A stretch of DNA of 32,000 nucleotides from Candidatus Iainarchaeum sp. (GCA_043808785.1 JAZDEL010000010.1:30001-62000), one strand, 5' to 3'. Positions 14,843-24,230 are shown, counted from the stretch's first letter. Numbers and translations are program-made. Notes: a model not told the origin generated them from the letters alone.

Positions 14843-15606
14843 GGAAGCTCGAGGGAAAGGTCGCGCTGGTTACGGGCGGCTGCCGCGGCCTGGGCAGGCA
14901 TATTTCGCTGCTTCTTGCAAGGCACGGCGCGGATGTGGCAATCGTCGGGCTGGACAAGGGGCGCCTCGCCGCCACGGGGCGGGAGCTTTCCGTGCTGGGC
15001 TCCGAGGCACTCGCGTGCAGGTGCGATGTGCGCAGCCTGAAAGACATAACCGCGGCAACAAAAAAAATTTCAAAAAGGTTCGGCAGGGTGGACATCCTCG
15101 TGAATAACGCGGGATTGGCAAACAAGCAGACCCTGGACGAAATCTCCCACGGCGAGATAGACAACATCATCGATACAAACCTTTCGGGGCTTATCCACAT
15201 GACAAAGGCAGTGCTTCCGCTAATGCCGAAGCAGAAGGGCAGCGTGATTGTGAACGTTTCCTCCCTCGCTGGCAGGATTGCGGTCCCAAGGCACAGCGTT
15301 TATGGCGCTACGAAATTCGGGGTTGCCGGGTTCACGCAGTCCCTTGCCAAGGACCTGAAAAAAACGGGGGTGCGCGTTTACGCCCTGTGCCCGATGGGCA
15401 TAGATACCGAAATGGCCAGAGTTTTCGAGCCAGGCTATGAGAAGCTCAGGGACAACGGGCTTCTGCTCGGCCCCGAGAGTGTTGCGGAAAAGGCGGTTGC
15501 GTTGTGCATGCCCTCCTGCGGGAAGCGCACAGGCTCGCTCGTGAACGTTATGAATTACAGGGCGCTCTTGCTTCGTCCCGAGAAATTGCTGCGCGCCCTG
15601 CCCTGA
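14839..15606 (+). CDS. short-chain dehydrogenase/reductase (SDR)
   Basis: ORF 14716..15606 trimmed to ATG 14839. Motifs: KVALVTGGCRGLGRHI (TGxxxGxG), NNAG, SSLAG...YGATKFGVAGF (S...YxxxK). Confidence 0.85.
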   Translation: MRKLEGKVALVTGGCRGLGRHISLLLARHGADVAIVGLDKGRLAATGRELSVLGSEALACRCDVRSLKDITAATKKISKRFGRVDILVNNAGLANKQTLDEISHGEIDNIIDTNLSGLIHMTKAVLPLMPKQKGSVIVNVSSLAGRIAVPRHSVYGATKFGVAGFTQSLAKDLKKTGVRVYALCPMGIDTEMARVFEPGYEKLRDNGLLLGPESVAEKAVALCMPSCGKRTGSLVNVMNYRALLLRPEKLLRALP

Positions 15607-15644
15607 AAATCGCGGAAACGAAACAGAATAATTGCGGGAGCGGA

Positions 15645-16130
15645 ATGCGGATGCGCCATGTTGACAGGAAGCGGGCCGAATTCATACTGCGGCAGCTCGG
15701 CAGGCTGGAAACTAAAAGCCCGCGCATACTCGATGTCGGCGCGGGCGACCTGTGGCTGACAAAACTCCTGCGCGCCCGCGGCTATAATGTAACCTCGCTT
15801 GACCTCTCGGGAAGGGCGGACATAATTGCCGACTTCAATACGCACAATTTCAAAACGAGTTTTGACGCAATAATTGCGGTTGAGGTTGTTGAGCACGGCC
15901 TCGGCCTTGAAAAGGTTTTTGCCCTCCTGAAGCCGGGCGGAATATTCATAGCCACGACAATTTACCCTTACTTCGATTTTCCCTGCAAGATACTCGAGGC
16001 AATAGGCCTTGCGAAGCCGCGCAAAACAGCGCACACAAACCTGCTTTACCTGAAAAGCCTGCCGTACAAACTTGTCGATTTTGAGGATTATTTCATGATG
16101 GACCAGTTCGGCGCCTTCGGAAAAGGGTGA
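15645..16130 (+). CDS. class I SAM-dependent methyltransferase (small)
   Basis: ORF 15504..16130 trimmed to ATG 15645, after the SDR stop at 15606. Motifs: ILDVGAGDLWLTKLL (motif I), VTSLDLS, LKPGGIFIATT. Confidence 0.7.
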   Translation: MRMRHVDRKRAEFILRQLGRLETKSPRILDVGAGDLWLTKLLRARGYNVTSLDLSGRADIIADFNTHNFKTSFDAIIAVEVVEHGLGLEKVFALLKPGGIFIATTIYPYFDFPCKILEAIGLAKPRKTAHTNLLYLKSLPYKLVDFEDYFMMDQFGAFGKG

Positions 16131-16891
16131 ATGGCGCGTGCGTTGCAGGCTGCGTGGTGATTGCATTGCAGGACAAGGAAAAGGAACGGGAATTTTTTGA
16201 CCGCATTGCGGTTAATGAAAGGCGGTTTGAATACTTTTCGCGGCATGCGTTCGAAAAAATCTTCGCGGAATTCAGTTCTTTTTGCAGGCCGGGCAAAGAT
16301 TCCTCGATAGCGGATTTCGGCTGCGGCAGCGGGGAATTCACAAAAAAACTGGCTGAAATTTCCCGGAATGTAACCGCCTTCGACATATCCCCCGAGTGCA
16401 TTAAAATTGCAAAGGAAGAGGTTAAGGGGGCAACATTCCGTGTGGCGGATGCCGAAAACACCCCCTTCGGGCCGGATTCTTTCGACATTGTTACCTGCAT
16501 AAGCCTTTTGCACCATTTTTCCGATCTTACCGGTGTTTTAAACGAGGCCCAAAGGGTGCTGAAGCCCGGCGGAAAGCTGTTTGCCGTGGACTCGAACAAG
16601 AGGAACCCGATTCTCTGGCTTTACAGGTGCAGCGAATCCCCGTTCTATTCAAGCAGGGGAATTTCCCCGAATGAGAGGCTGCTGACCGCGCAGGAGCTGA
16701 CGCGGAAGCTGCACGAAGCCGGCTTTGAGGCCAGGGTACTGGCAATAGCCCCGCTGTATTATTCAAAAGCAAGGAGCCTTCCGAAAATCTGCGTCCATGC
16801 AAACAACCTCTTTGAGTTTTTCCTATCACTCTCCCCCATCGCTTACGAAAGGTTCGGCTCTTTTCTTTTTACCTATGCGGAAAAGAAGTGA
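16127..16891 (+). CDS. class I SAM-dependent methyltransferase (Methyltransf_11-like)
   Basis: IADFGCGSGEFTKKLA, VTAFDISPECI, FDIVTCISLLHHF, LKPGGKLFAVD. The annotated start is GTG overlapping the upstream stop; nearby GTG/TTG starts at 16154-16166 are possible. Confidence 0.75.
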   Translation: MNGACVAGCVVIALQDKEKEREFFDRIAVNERRFEYFSRHAFEKIFAEFSSFCRPGKDSSIADFGCGSGEFTKKLAEISRNVTAFDISPECIKIAKEEVKGATFRVADAENTPFGPDSFDIVTCISLLHHFSDLTGVLNEAQRVLKPGGKLFAVDSNKRNPILWLYRCSESPFYSSRGISPNERLLTAQELTRKLHEAGFEARVLAIAPLYYSKARSLPKICVHANNLFEFFLSLSPIAYERFGSFLFTYAEKK

Positions 16892-16897
16892 GCCCCG

Positions 16898-18706
16898 CTA
16901 AATCGGCTGCGCTGGCTTTTCCCCGCGCCCGTCAACAAATGCCCTGAACCACAGCTCCAGCATCATCAGCATCCATATCTGGTTCGATGCGCGGTTCCTG
17001 AAAATGCCGCGTTCGCGCTGCGAGAACAGTTTCCTCACACCCGCATAATCGAACAGCCCGCGCTCCCTTACCGCGCGTTCATCCAGCATGCTTCCCGCAA
17101 TTTCCAGCGCCTCCCCGCCCAGCCACTTCCGCAGGGGCACGAAAAATATCCTCTTCTTTCCCCAAACCATTTCCTTCGGCAGGATTTTTTCCGCAGCCAC
17201 GCGGTTCGCGTATTTTCCCGTTCCGCCGCGCAGTTTCAGGTTCGGCGCAATTCTCCCGCTTAGTTCCGCAATCCGCATATCCAGGAAAGGCGCCCTTGCC
17301 TCCAGTCCGTGCGCCATTGTCAGTTTGTCCACGCGCATCAACTGGTAATTCGGCAGCAACTCTCGCGTGTCGAAAAGGAGGGCGCGGTTGAGGAAACTTT
17401 CTGCGGCTTTGCCGTTGAAATATTCATCGCTGAGCGCCCGCAGTTTTCCCCCGCTGTTCCCTTCCTTAAGCACGTTCCCTATTTCGAATTCCCTGAACGC
17501 GATGTCCTGGTTCCTGTAAATGTAATTCCGCATTTGCGCGGGCAGCATCGCCCACGGGGGAACCGCGCGCCTGTACCTTGTGTATCCCGCAAACAGCTCG
17601 TCGGCCCCCTCCCCCAGGAGCGCAACCGTGACTTTCCTGCGCGCAAGTTCCGCGGCAAAATATGTGGGCATTATCGCGGGGTCCGCAATCGGCTCGTCCA
17701 TGTGCCACAGTATTTTCGGCAGCGCCTTCGCCATTTCCGAAAAATCCACGATAAGTTCGCTGTGCTCGGTGCCGAACCTCTGCGCAACCTCCCCCGCGTA
17801 AACGAATTCGTCCCCCTCCTCGCCGAATCCCACGGTGAAAGTTTTCACCGGCTCGCTGCAAATTTCGGACATCTTTGCGACAATCATGCCCGAGTCGAGC
17901 CCGCCGCTCAGGAACGCGCCTAGCGGAACATCACTCACAAGCCTCCCCTCCACTGCAAGCGAAAACCCGTGCGAAAGCATTTTCTCCGCCTCGCGCTCGT
18001 TTGAAATATCCCCGCTCATTTCCATGTTCCAGTATTGCGTGGTTTTAATTCCCCCCTTCTCAAGCACGAGCATTTCAGCGGGAAGTACCTTCATTATTCC
18101 CGCAAACAGCGTCTCCCTCCCGGGCACCGAGCGCAGCATCATCCAGATGGGGAGGGCTTGGCGGTTCAGTTCCCTGCGCACCTCCTCAAAGCGCAGCAGC
18201 GCCTTTATTTCGGAGGCGAAAATAAATTTTCCCGCGCCTCCGGCACGGCTTCCTGCCTCTTCTCCCCGCCAGTAATACAGCGGCTTCTTCCCGAGCCTGT
18301 CCCGCGCAAGCACAAGCCTTTTCCTGCTTTCATCCCAGAGCGCGAACGCGAACATTCCCTCCAGCCTTTTCACGAAGCCGAGGCCGTATTCCTCGTATGC
18401 ATGGACTATTGTTTCGGTGTCGCTGTTGGTGTAGAATTTGTGCCCGCTTTTTTCGAGTTCCGCCCTCAGCGCGCGGAAGTTGTAAATCTCGCCGTTGAAC
18501 ACAACCTGCACGTTCCCCCCCTCATTATGCACGGGGTGCCTTGCGTTTTCGCTCAAATCTATTATGCTGAGCCTGCGGTGCCCCAGCGATATTCCCGAGT
18601 CCTCGTAATAGCCCGCGTCATCCGGCCCGCGGTGTTCAAGCGCTTTTGCCATTTCGCGCAGCAGCTTCCCGTCATTGAATCCCGAAAACCCGCATATGCC
18701 GCACAT
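16898..18706 (-). CDS. asnB: asparagine synthase (glutamine-hydrolysing) family amidotransferase
   Basis: MCGICGF N-terminal nucleophile Cys2, HRGPDD, SGGLDSG PP-loop. The start abuts the upstream TAA (TAAATG). Confidence 0.85.
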   Translation of the reverse strand: MCGICGFSGFNDGKLLREMAKALEHRGPDDAGYYEDSGISLGHRRLSIIDLSENARHPVHNEGGNVQVVFNGEIYNFRALRAELEKSGHKFYTNSDTETIVHAYEEYGLGFVKRLEGMFAFALWDESRKRLVLARDRLGKKPLYYWRGEEAGSRAGGAGKFIFASEIKALLRFEEVRRELNRQALPIWMMLRSVPGRETLFAGIMKVLPAEMLVLEKGGIKTTQYWNMEMSGDISNEREAEKMLSHGFSLAVEGRLVSDVPLGAFLSGGLDSGMIVAKMSEICSEPVKTFTVGFGEEGDEFVYAGEVAQRFGTEHSELIVDFSEMAKALPKILWHMDEPIADPAIMPTYFAAELARRKVTVALLGEGADELFAGYTRYRRAVPPWAMLPAQMRNYIYRNQDIAFREFEIGNVLKEGNSGGKLRALSDEYFNGKAAESFLNRALLFDTRELLPNYQLMRVDKLTMAHGLEARAPFLDMRIAELSGRIAPNLKLRGGTGKYANRVAAEKILPKEMVWGKKRIFFVPLRKWLGGEALEIAGSMLDERAVRERGLFDYAGVRKLFSQRERGIFRNRASNQIWMLMMLELWFRAFVDGRGEKPAQPI

Positions 18707-19924
18707 TTAAACACCTGCCCCCAAAGCCCTTTCGTAAATTTTTTCTATCCTTTCCGCGATAACTTCCGTCGTGAATTTTTTCATAAATTCCGGCGCGTCC
18801 ATCGCTATTTGCTCGCGCATTTTTTCGTTGTCCAGCAGCAAATTTATTTTTTCGGCCCATTCGCCGATATTTTGCGGCCCGACAAGATATCCTGTTTTTC
18901 CTTCGGATAATATTTCGGCAGATACCCCGCTCATTATAACCGCGGTTCCCGAAGCCCCAGCCTCTATCGCGATTCTCCCGAACGGCTCCTCCCATTGCGA
19001 GGGGAAAAGCACTATGTCCGAGTTCGCGTAAATAGCGGGCAGTTCCACGAAATTCACATTGCCCGCAACCGCAACCCTGCCGCCGAATTTGCTTTCGTGC
19101 ACGAAGTTTTCCAGCGCGGGTCTCATCGCGCCATCCCCGACAACAAGGAACGAAACATCGTCCCGCTCCGCGAGAATTTTTTTAATTATTTCCGTGAGCG
19201 CCAAAATTCCCTTCTCATAAGAGAGCCTGCCCACAAATGTTACGACCTTTGCCCCCTCCTTCAGCCCGAACCTTGCGCGCATTTTGTTTTTTTCATTTTC
19301 GCTCTTCAGGCGCGGGCTGAACATTTCAACATCAACCGGGTTCGGCACAACCTCGATATCCCCAGTGAACCCGTTCGCGAGCATCTTCCTTTTCACCGCT
19401 TCGCTTATCGCGATTTTCACGTTCGCAGAATCAAGCAGCGGAATGTTCTTGCGCGTTTCCGCAAGCTTGTATTGCTCCCAATACAGCCTGTACCGGGGTA
19501 CGCATTTGCGTAGCCTTTCTGGCGTGCACCTTTCGCATGCAGCATAGCCTTCCCCTTCCCTGCGCAGGCACGTGCTCCTTGTGCAGCAGAACCAGTAGTC
19601 GCGGAAGTGCACAACCGCGGGAATTTTGAGTTCGCGCGCTGCAAGAACCGCACCTATGGATGTGAGCCTGTCCTGTGCGTGCACGATTTGGATCCCCTCT
19701 TTTTTGATAACCCCTTTCAGGAAGTCTTTCAGCCAAATATGCTGGAAAAAAGGCAATGGCAGGGGGTATTTTCCGAACTTTGCGGTTTTCACCCCTTCAT
19801 AATCCGCGGTCGATGCGATAATTACGTCGTGCCCGCGCTTTTGCAGGCCCCCCGCAGCCGTTAGTAAGGACCTCTCAGCCCCGCCGAACCCTGTCCCGTA
19901 ATAAATGCTCGCCAGGATTTTCAT
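18707..19924 (-). CDS. glycosyltransferase family 4 with Cys-rich insertion
   Basis: MKILASIYYGTGFGGAERS, FPSQWEEPFGRIAIEAGASGTAVIMSG. Insert: DYWFCCTRSTCLRREGEGYAACERCTPERLRKC. Confidence 0.8.
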   Translation of the reverse strand: MKILASIYYGTGFGGAERSLLTAAGGLQKRGHDVIIASTADYEGVKTAKFGKYPLPLPFFQHIWLKDFLKGVIKKEGIQIVHAQDRLTSIGAVLAARELKIPAVVHFRDYWFCCTRSTCLRREGEGYAACERCTPERLRKCVPRYRLYWEQYKLAETRKNIPLLDSANVKIAISEAVKRKMLANGFTGDIEVVPNPVDVEMFSPRLKSENEKNKMRARFGLKEGAKVVTFVGRLSYEKGILALTEIIKKILAERDDVSFLVVGDGAMRPALENFVHESKFGGRVAVAGNVNFVELPAIYANSDIVLFPSQWEEPFGRIAIEAGASGTAVIMSGVSAEILSEGKTGYLVGPQNIGEWAEKINLLLDNEKMREQIAMDAPEFMKKFTTEVIAERIEKIYERALGAGV

Positions 19925-19985
19925 TTAAAACGCCCCATTTTGCCCTTTTAGTGCCGAATTGCTTAAACTTTCATTTTGAAACATT

Positions 19986-21128
19986 TTATGGCTGTACCAC
20001 TGCCCTGTTTTTTTGCACCACTGAAACATAAACTTCCTCGAACTCGCGCGCCTTTGTTTCCCAGGAGTATTTTTTCGCAAATTCTGCCGCATTGCGGGAT
20101 ATTTTCATTTTTTCTTGCGCGGGCATTTCCATTATCTTCATTATTTCCCTTGCCGCCTTCTCGGGCTCGGAATAATTTGTCAGGAACCCGCTCTTTTTGT
20201 CATCTATAAGTTCAATGAACGCATCTATCCTGTTCGCAATTACAGCCGTCCCCGAAACCATTGATTCTATGGGGCTTATTCCGAACCCTTCATACTCCGA
20301 AGCGGAAACGAAATATTCCGCCCTTGCCATGCGCCTTGCGAGTTCATCATCGCCGACTGCGCCAAGAAACTCCGCATCGTTCCCGAGCCCCTCCTTTTCC
20401 GTGAGTTCCTTAAGTTCGCGCATTATGCCGTCGAAGTCCCCCCCGACTATGGACAGCTTAAACTTCGCCCCCGCCTTCTTCATGAACGCGAAAGTTTCTA
20501 TCAGGTTATCTATCCTCTTGTTGCGCGAGAGCCTGCCTACATAAATGAAAGTGTTTTTCTCGGGCTTTACGTTTTCCAGGAAAAATTTTTCAAAATCCAC
20601 GCCGTTCGCTATGCGCATCAGCCTCCCGCTGCCGCATATTTTCGAAAAGAACCTTTCGTCATTTTCGCTGTCCGCGATTACCGCGTCCGCACGCTTCAGC
20701 AGATGCGGCAGCCAGAGTTTTGAATATATCCATTTCACGGGCGCGAGGCTTTTCGTGTGCATTATCCCTCCGTGTGTGGACACAACAACAGGCTTGCCGT
20801 GCTGCGGCTTATTCCAGAGGATGAAATCGCTGAGGAAGCCTATGCTGTGCACATGCACCACATCCGCATCTTTCACCGCATCAAGAAGCGCCCTCCAGTC
20901 CCTCACTATTTTGTAATATTTCCAGTCTGAAAAAGGCAGGCGCACAACCTCGATGCCCTCCGCATTCCCCCTGCCCGGCAGCCTCTCCCCGCCCTTCGCG
21001 CACCTGTCAAGGCACACGACCCTTACCTTGTGCCCCCTTTTAACAAGCCTTTTTGAAAGCTCGAGCACAACGCTTTCAACGCCCCCTATGCACGGCGAGA
21101 AGTGGTGCACAACCTGCACGATTTTCAT
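19986..21128 (-). CDS. glycosyltransferase family 4
   Basis: MKIVQVVHHFSPCIGGVESVV, SASEYEGFGISPIESMVSGTAVIAN. Confidence 0.8.
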   Translation of the reverse strand: MKIVQVVHHFSPCIGGVESVVLELSKRLVKRGHKVRVVCLDRCAKGGERLPGRGNAEGIEVVRLPFSDWKYYKIVRDWRALLDAVKDADVVHVHSIGFLSDFILWNKPQHGKPVVVSTHGGIMHTKSLAPVKWIYSKLWLPHLLKRADAVIADSENDERFFSKICGSGRLMRIANGVDFEKFFLENVKPEKNTFIYVGRLSRNKRIDNLIETFAFMKKAGAKFKLSIVGGDFDGIMRELKELTEKEGLGNDAEFLGAVGDDELARRMARAEYFVSASEYEGFGISPIESMVSGTAVIANRIDAFIELIDDKKSGFLTNYSEPEKAAREIMKIMEMPAQEKMKISRNAAEFAKKYSWETKAREFEEVYVSVVQKNRAVVQP

Positions 21129-22102
21129 TCCTTGACACGCCCCTTTGCGGCGCCGTTTATAACTCCTGCCGCAAGCCCCGCGGCAAAAACAACGGAGCGG
21201 AGCGCAATCACGAATGGCGCAACAATTCCCGCCGCGAAATCCCTGCGCATTGCAAAGATTGTGAAAGGCAGTGTGCTGAGCGCGCCCAGCACCAGTGCTG
21301 CGGCGGGCACAAAAATAAGCGAAGGCATAAAAACCGTTGCTGCAGCGCCCGCGCAGAAGATACAGAACAGCCCTATCTGCATCTTTAAAATCTGCGGAGT
21401 ATAAGAATCCCTTATCGCCTTGCTCCTGTGCTTGCTGTAGAGCAGGACGCGCCAGTACGCGCGGTAGAACTTGCTTTTGAGGTAAGGGAGCAGCGCGCTC
21501 TGGTGCCTGTGGAAGACTATCGCCTCGGGATTGAATATCAGCCTGTGCCCTTTTTTGGAGAGCTTGAAGCTAAGTTCGGGGTCCTCTCCCGAGGCAATGG
21601 GGAATGATTCGTCGTATCCGCACTCCTCCACGAAAACCTTCCTGCGGTACGCCGCGGAGTACGAGCCGACCCAGTCGAGGCTTCTCATGCGCCTCATCCT
21701 GTTGTACCTGTCCTCTATCTCTATCTGCGAGAACCTTGCGATAAGCTCGCACTGTTTCGTTTTATACGCGCCCTGCACACCTGCGACATCCCTTTCCAAG
21801 AACGGCTTAAGCAGTTCCGCAAGCCAGTTTTCCGAGGCAGTGCAGTCCGAGTCTATGAATGCAACGAATTCACCCCCTGCGTTTTTCACGCCGCGGTTCC
21901 TCGCCGATGCCGGCCCCGAATTCTTCTGGCTTATGTATTTCGCCCCGAACCTTTTCACAACTTTTGCCGTTCCGTCGGTGCTCCCGTCATCGACAACAAT
22001 AACCTCGAAACCGCCGGCAACCTTCTGCCGCAGCACGGATTCAAGGCAGGCGGAGATTGTTTTCTCCGCGTTGTACACGGGGATTATGACGCTGGCCTTC
22101 AT
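21125..22102 (-). CDS. glycosyltransferase family 2 with C-terminal membrane segments
   Basis: SVIIPVYNAEKTI, VIVVDDGSTDGT, FIDSDC, hydrophobic C-terminus. ATGA-type overlaps at both ends. Confidence 0.8.
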   Translation of the reverse strand: MKASVIIPVYNAEKTISACLESVLRQKVAGGFEVIVVDDGSTDGTAKVVKRFGAKYISQKNSGPASARNRGVKNAGGEFVAFIDSDCTASENWLAELLKPFLERDVAGVQGAYKTKQCELIARFSQIEIEDRYNRMRRMRSLDWVGSYSAAYRRKVFVEECGYDESFPIASGEDPELSFKLSKKGHRLIFNPEAIVFHRHQSALLPYLKSKFYRAYWRVLLYSKHRSKAIRDSYTPQILKMQIGLFCIFCAGAAATVFMPSLIFVPAAALVLGALSTLPFTIFAMRRDFAAGIVAPFVIALRSVVFAAGLAAGVINGAAKGRVKE

Positions 22103-23865
22103 TTTATCATGCTCCTGCCGTCCATGTTCGGGTTATTTTTTGCCCCGAAATATTTAAGTGCGGTTGGGGCGAGGCACATTATGTTTGCACCCTCCAGTTC
22201 GAGGGGCTCGCCGCAAAAAATTACCCCCGCATTCCTCTCGGGCGTGCCTGGCCCAATATGGTCGGCGCACCATTTGCTGCGGTTTTCATAAACCGTTCCG
22301 CCCGCGCCCACACCGCCGAGCGCGGTTTCGCGCGAAGCCCTGAACCCTTCGTTATACAGCGGCACAATGTCCGCCATGTCCTTTGCATATGGGCCGAAGA
22401 AAATTTCGCTTCCCCTGAGCGTGCCCTCCAGCGCGCTTACGCCCCTGTGCCTGATTTTTCCCAAAACGGAAGCGGCATCGCGCATCACGCCCTCGCTTTC
22501 CCGCGCATCCACAATTCCTTTCGCCTCCCTGCCCTTGAGGTTTATGTAAACCCCCGCAAACCCCGCTGCATACGCCTTTGTCCTTGCCCAGTTTATGCCC
22601 CCGATTGTTTCCGAAGTTTCCCCCTCCCGCAGTCCAAGGAGGCCTGCATCCATCAGCGCCTTGTTCAGCTGCACGTTCCACCTGTATGTCGAGAAGCCGT
22701 GGTCGGAAATAACGAACGTCATGCAGTTTTCCCCGAAAATTTTCCTGAATTTTCCGAATTCCGAATCCATGCGCACGTACGCTTTTTCAATCTCCCCCGC
22801 AAACTCGGGATTTTCCTCGAAGTAAGGGTGCCCCCCGTCCTCGAACCTCATGAACATATGCTGGGCACGGTCCACCGCGAAAAAATTGCAGGTGAAAAAT
22901 TCCCATGGCTTGTTCCTGAGCAGGTATTCCGCTGCCTTCGCCCTTGTTTCAAGGGTGAAATACATGTCCTCGCGGTAAACCGCCTCATCTATGAGCCCTT
23001 CCTTGAGGCCGTGCACATCGGATTCAAATGAATTATTCTTGTACACTCCGGCAGCATCGGCAATCTCCTTCGCAATTCCAGCGGGTTCGGTTATGTTCAC
23101 ATGCGGGTTATAGGGGGAAATCATAACCGGCGAGGCGTAAAGCACAAACTTTTCCCCGCGCAGGCTGAGCAGCCTGAAGCGCATCACGCCCTCCCTTTTC
23201 CCGAACATTGCGCGCACATATTTGCTCCATTCCCCGCTGCGCAGCCTTATTTTTTCGCCGGCAATTGAAATTTCAACATATTCCGCAGATACGGAGATTT
23301 TCATTTTCACCCTCTCGCTTTCATCCGCAATAAGTTCCGCATCCCCGCCTTTTACAAACACAACCTCCTGCTTCTTCGGGAACTTCGGGTCGTTTGTGAA
23401 TGCCGCAGGCATGCCCTGCGTCCCCCGTAAATCGGGAACGCCCATTCCGCCAAGCACTATTCCGTTGAAAGGCACGGGCGGAAATGTCACGGGAATGAAT
23501 GCCGCAATTCCCCGCACTCCCGCTTCGCCCAGCGCATTCCAGAAAGGCCTCTCCCTTATCACAGGCAGGAATTTCCTCGCTCCAAGCGCATCTGTAATTT
23601 CGTCGTTCAGCCCTAACTTGAGCCCGAGGGTTTTGGGGTCGCGCATTATGAAATCGAAAACCCCGTGCTTGCCCGGGTTCATGCCGGTCATGAACGAGCT
23701 CCACGCAACGGGGCTCTGCGAAACGTGCGTTGTGGCGAGCCTGCCGAAACATCCCTCATCCGCAAGTTGCGCAAGGTTCGGGAGCATGCCTGCCTTGAGC
23801 ATCTTCCCCACGCGCTTAGGGTCCGCGCCGTCTATGCCGAAGATTGCGAGTTTTTTCCCCTGCAT
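22099..23865 (-). CDS. alkaline-phosphatase-superfamily protein, NPP-like (paralog class of 349-1737)
   Basis: KLAIFGIDGADP, SQSPVAWSSFMTGMNPGKHGV, TFVISDHGFST. The track start at 23874 is GTG. ATG 23865 (MQGKKLAIFG) is preferred by analogy with the other paralog. Confidence 0.7.
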   Translation of the reverse strand: MQGKKLAIFGIDGADPKRVGKMLKAGMLPNLAQLADEGCFGRLATTHVSQSPVAWSSFMTGMNPGKHGVFDFIMRDPKTLGLKLGLNDEITDALGARKFLPVIRERPFWNALGEAGVRGIAAFIPVTFPPVPFNGIVLGGMGVPDLRGTQGMPAAFTNDPKFPKKQEVVFVKGGDAELIADESERVKMKISVSAEYVEISIAGEKIRLRSGEWSKYVRAMFGKREGVMRFRLLSLRGEKFVLYASPVMISPYNPHVNITEPAGIAKEIADAAGVYKNNSFESDVHGLKEGLIDEAVYREDMYFTLETRAKAAEYLLRNKPWEFFTCNFFAVDRAQHMFMRFEDGGHPYFEENPEFAGEIEKAYVRMDSEFGKFRKIFGENCMTFVISDHGFSTYRWNVQLNKALMDAGLLGLREGETSETIGGINWARTKAYAAGFAGVYINLKGREAKGIVDARESEGVMRDAASVLGKIRHRGVSALEGTLRGSEIFFGPYAKDMADIVPLYNEGFRASRETALGGVGAGGTVYENRSKWCADHIGPGTPERNAGVIFCGEPLELEGANIMCLAPTALKYFGAKNNPNMDGRSMIK

Positions 23866-24026
23866 GAAGTTCACGCCCTTCCGCGCCCTGCTGCCGCACT
23901 TTTGCGTGCCGGCATGCCTTCACACCCCCGCGCGCGCACGGTGCGCGCATTTGCGTGCCGGCATGCGCCCGTCCGCCCTCGCGCACGGAGGCACGCGCGG
24001 CATCCCGCTTCCCTGCGCAGCCATGC

Positions 24027-24230
24027 TTACTTCCCCTTCCCTTTCTTCACGCTTCCCAGATAAGGGATGCTTATTATTCCGCCCTTGCCGCCCTTTGCGG
24101 AACTCAGCGCCTGCCTGAGGATGTATTTTATCCACTCGCTCGGGGAACTGAAGCCCGTGCCCTTTATCTCCGCGGCGATTTCATCGTACATCCTTTTCGG
24201 TATAGCAATCGTCACCTTGTCCAAATGCAC
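24027..24230 (-). CDS. ribbon-helix-helix (CopG/Arc-type) DNA-binding protein
   Basis: 67 aa. KVTIAIPKRMYDEIAAEIKGTGFSSPSEWIKYILRQAL matches the beta-strand/helix/helix RHH pattern, followed by a Gly/Lys-rich tail. The start codon is GTG (24230); alternative starts are TTG (24224) or GTG (24215). Confidence 0.6.
   Translation of the reverse strand: MHLDKVTIAIPKRMYDEIAAEIKGTGFSSPSEWIKYILRQALSSAKGGKGGIISIPYLGSVKKGKGK

Noticed and set aside
14742-15200. N-terminal extensions offered by the ORF track: rSAM/SPASM to 15200, GT4 from 2912, GT2 from 11513, MTase from 15504, rfbF to 30919, DsbA-like copy 2 from 7654, NPP-like to 1818.
   Set aside because: The extensions overlap neighbouring genes or promoter DNA and have low-complexity composition. 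The family-typical N-termini begin at the internal ATGs used in the feature table.
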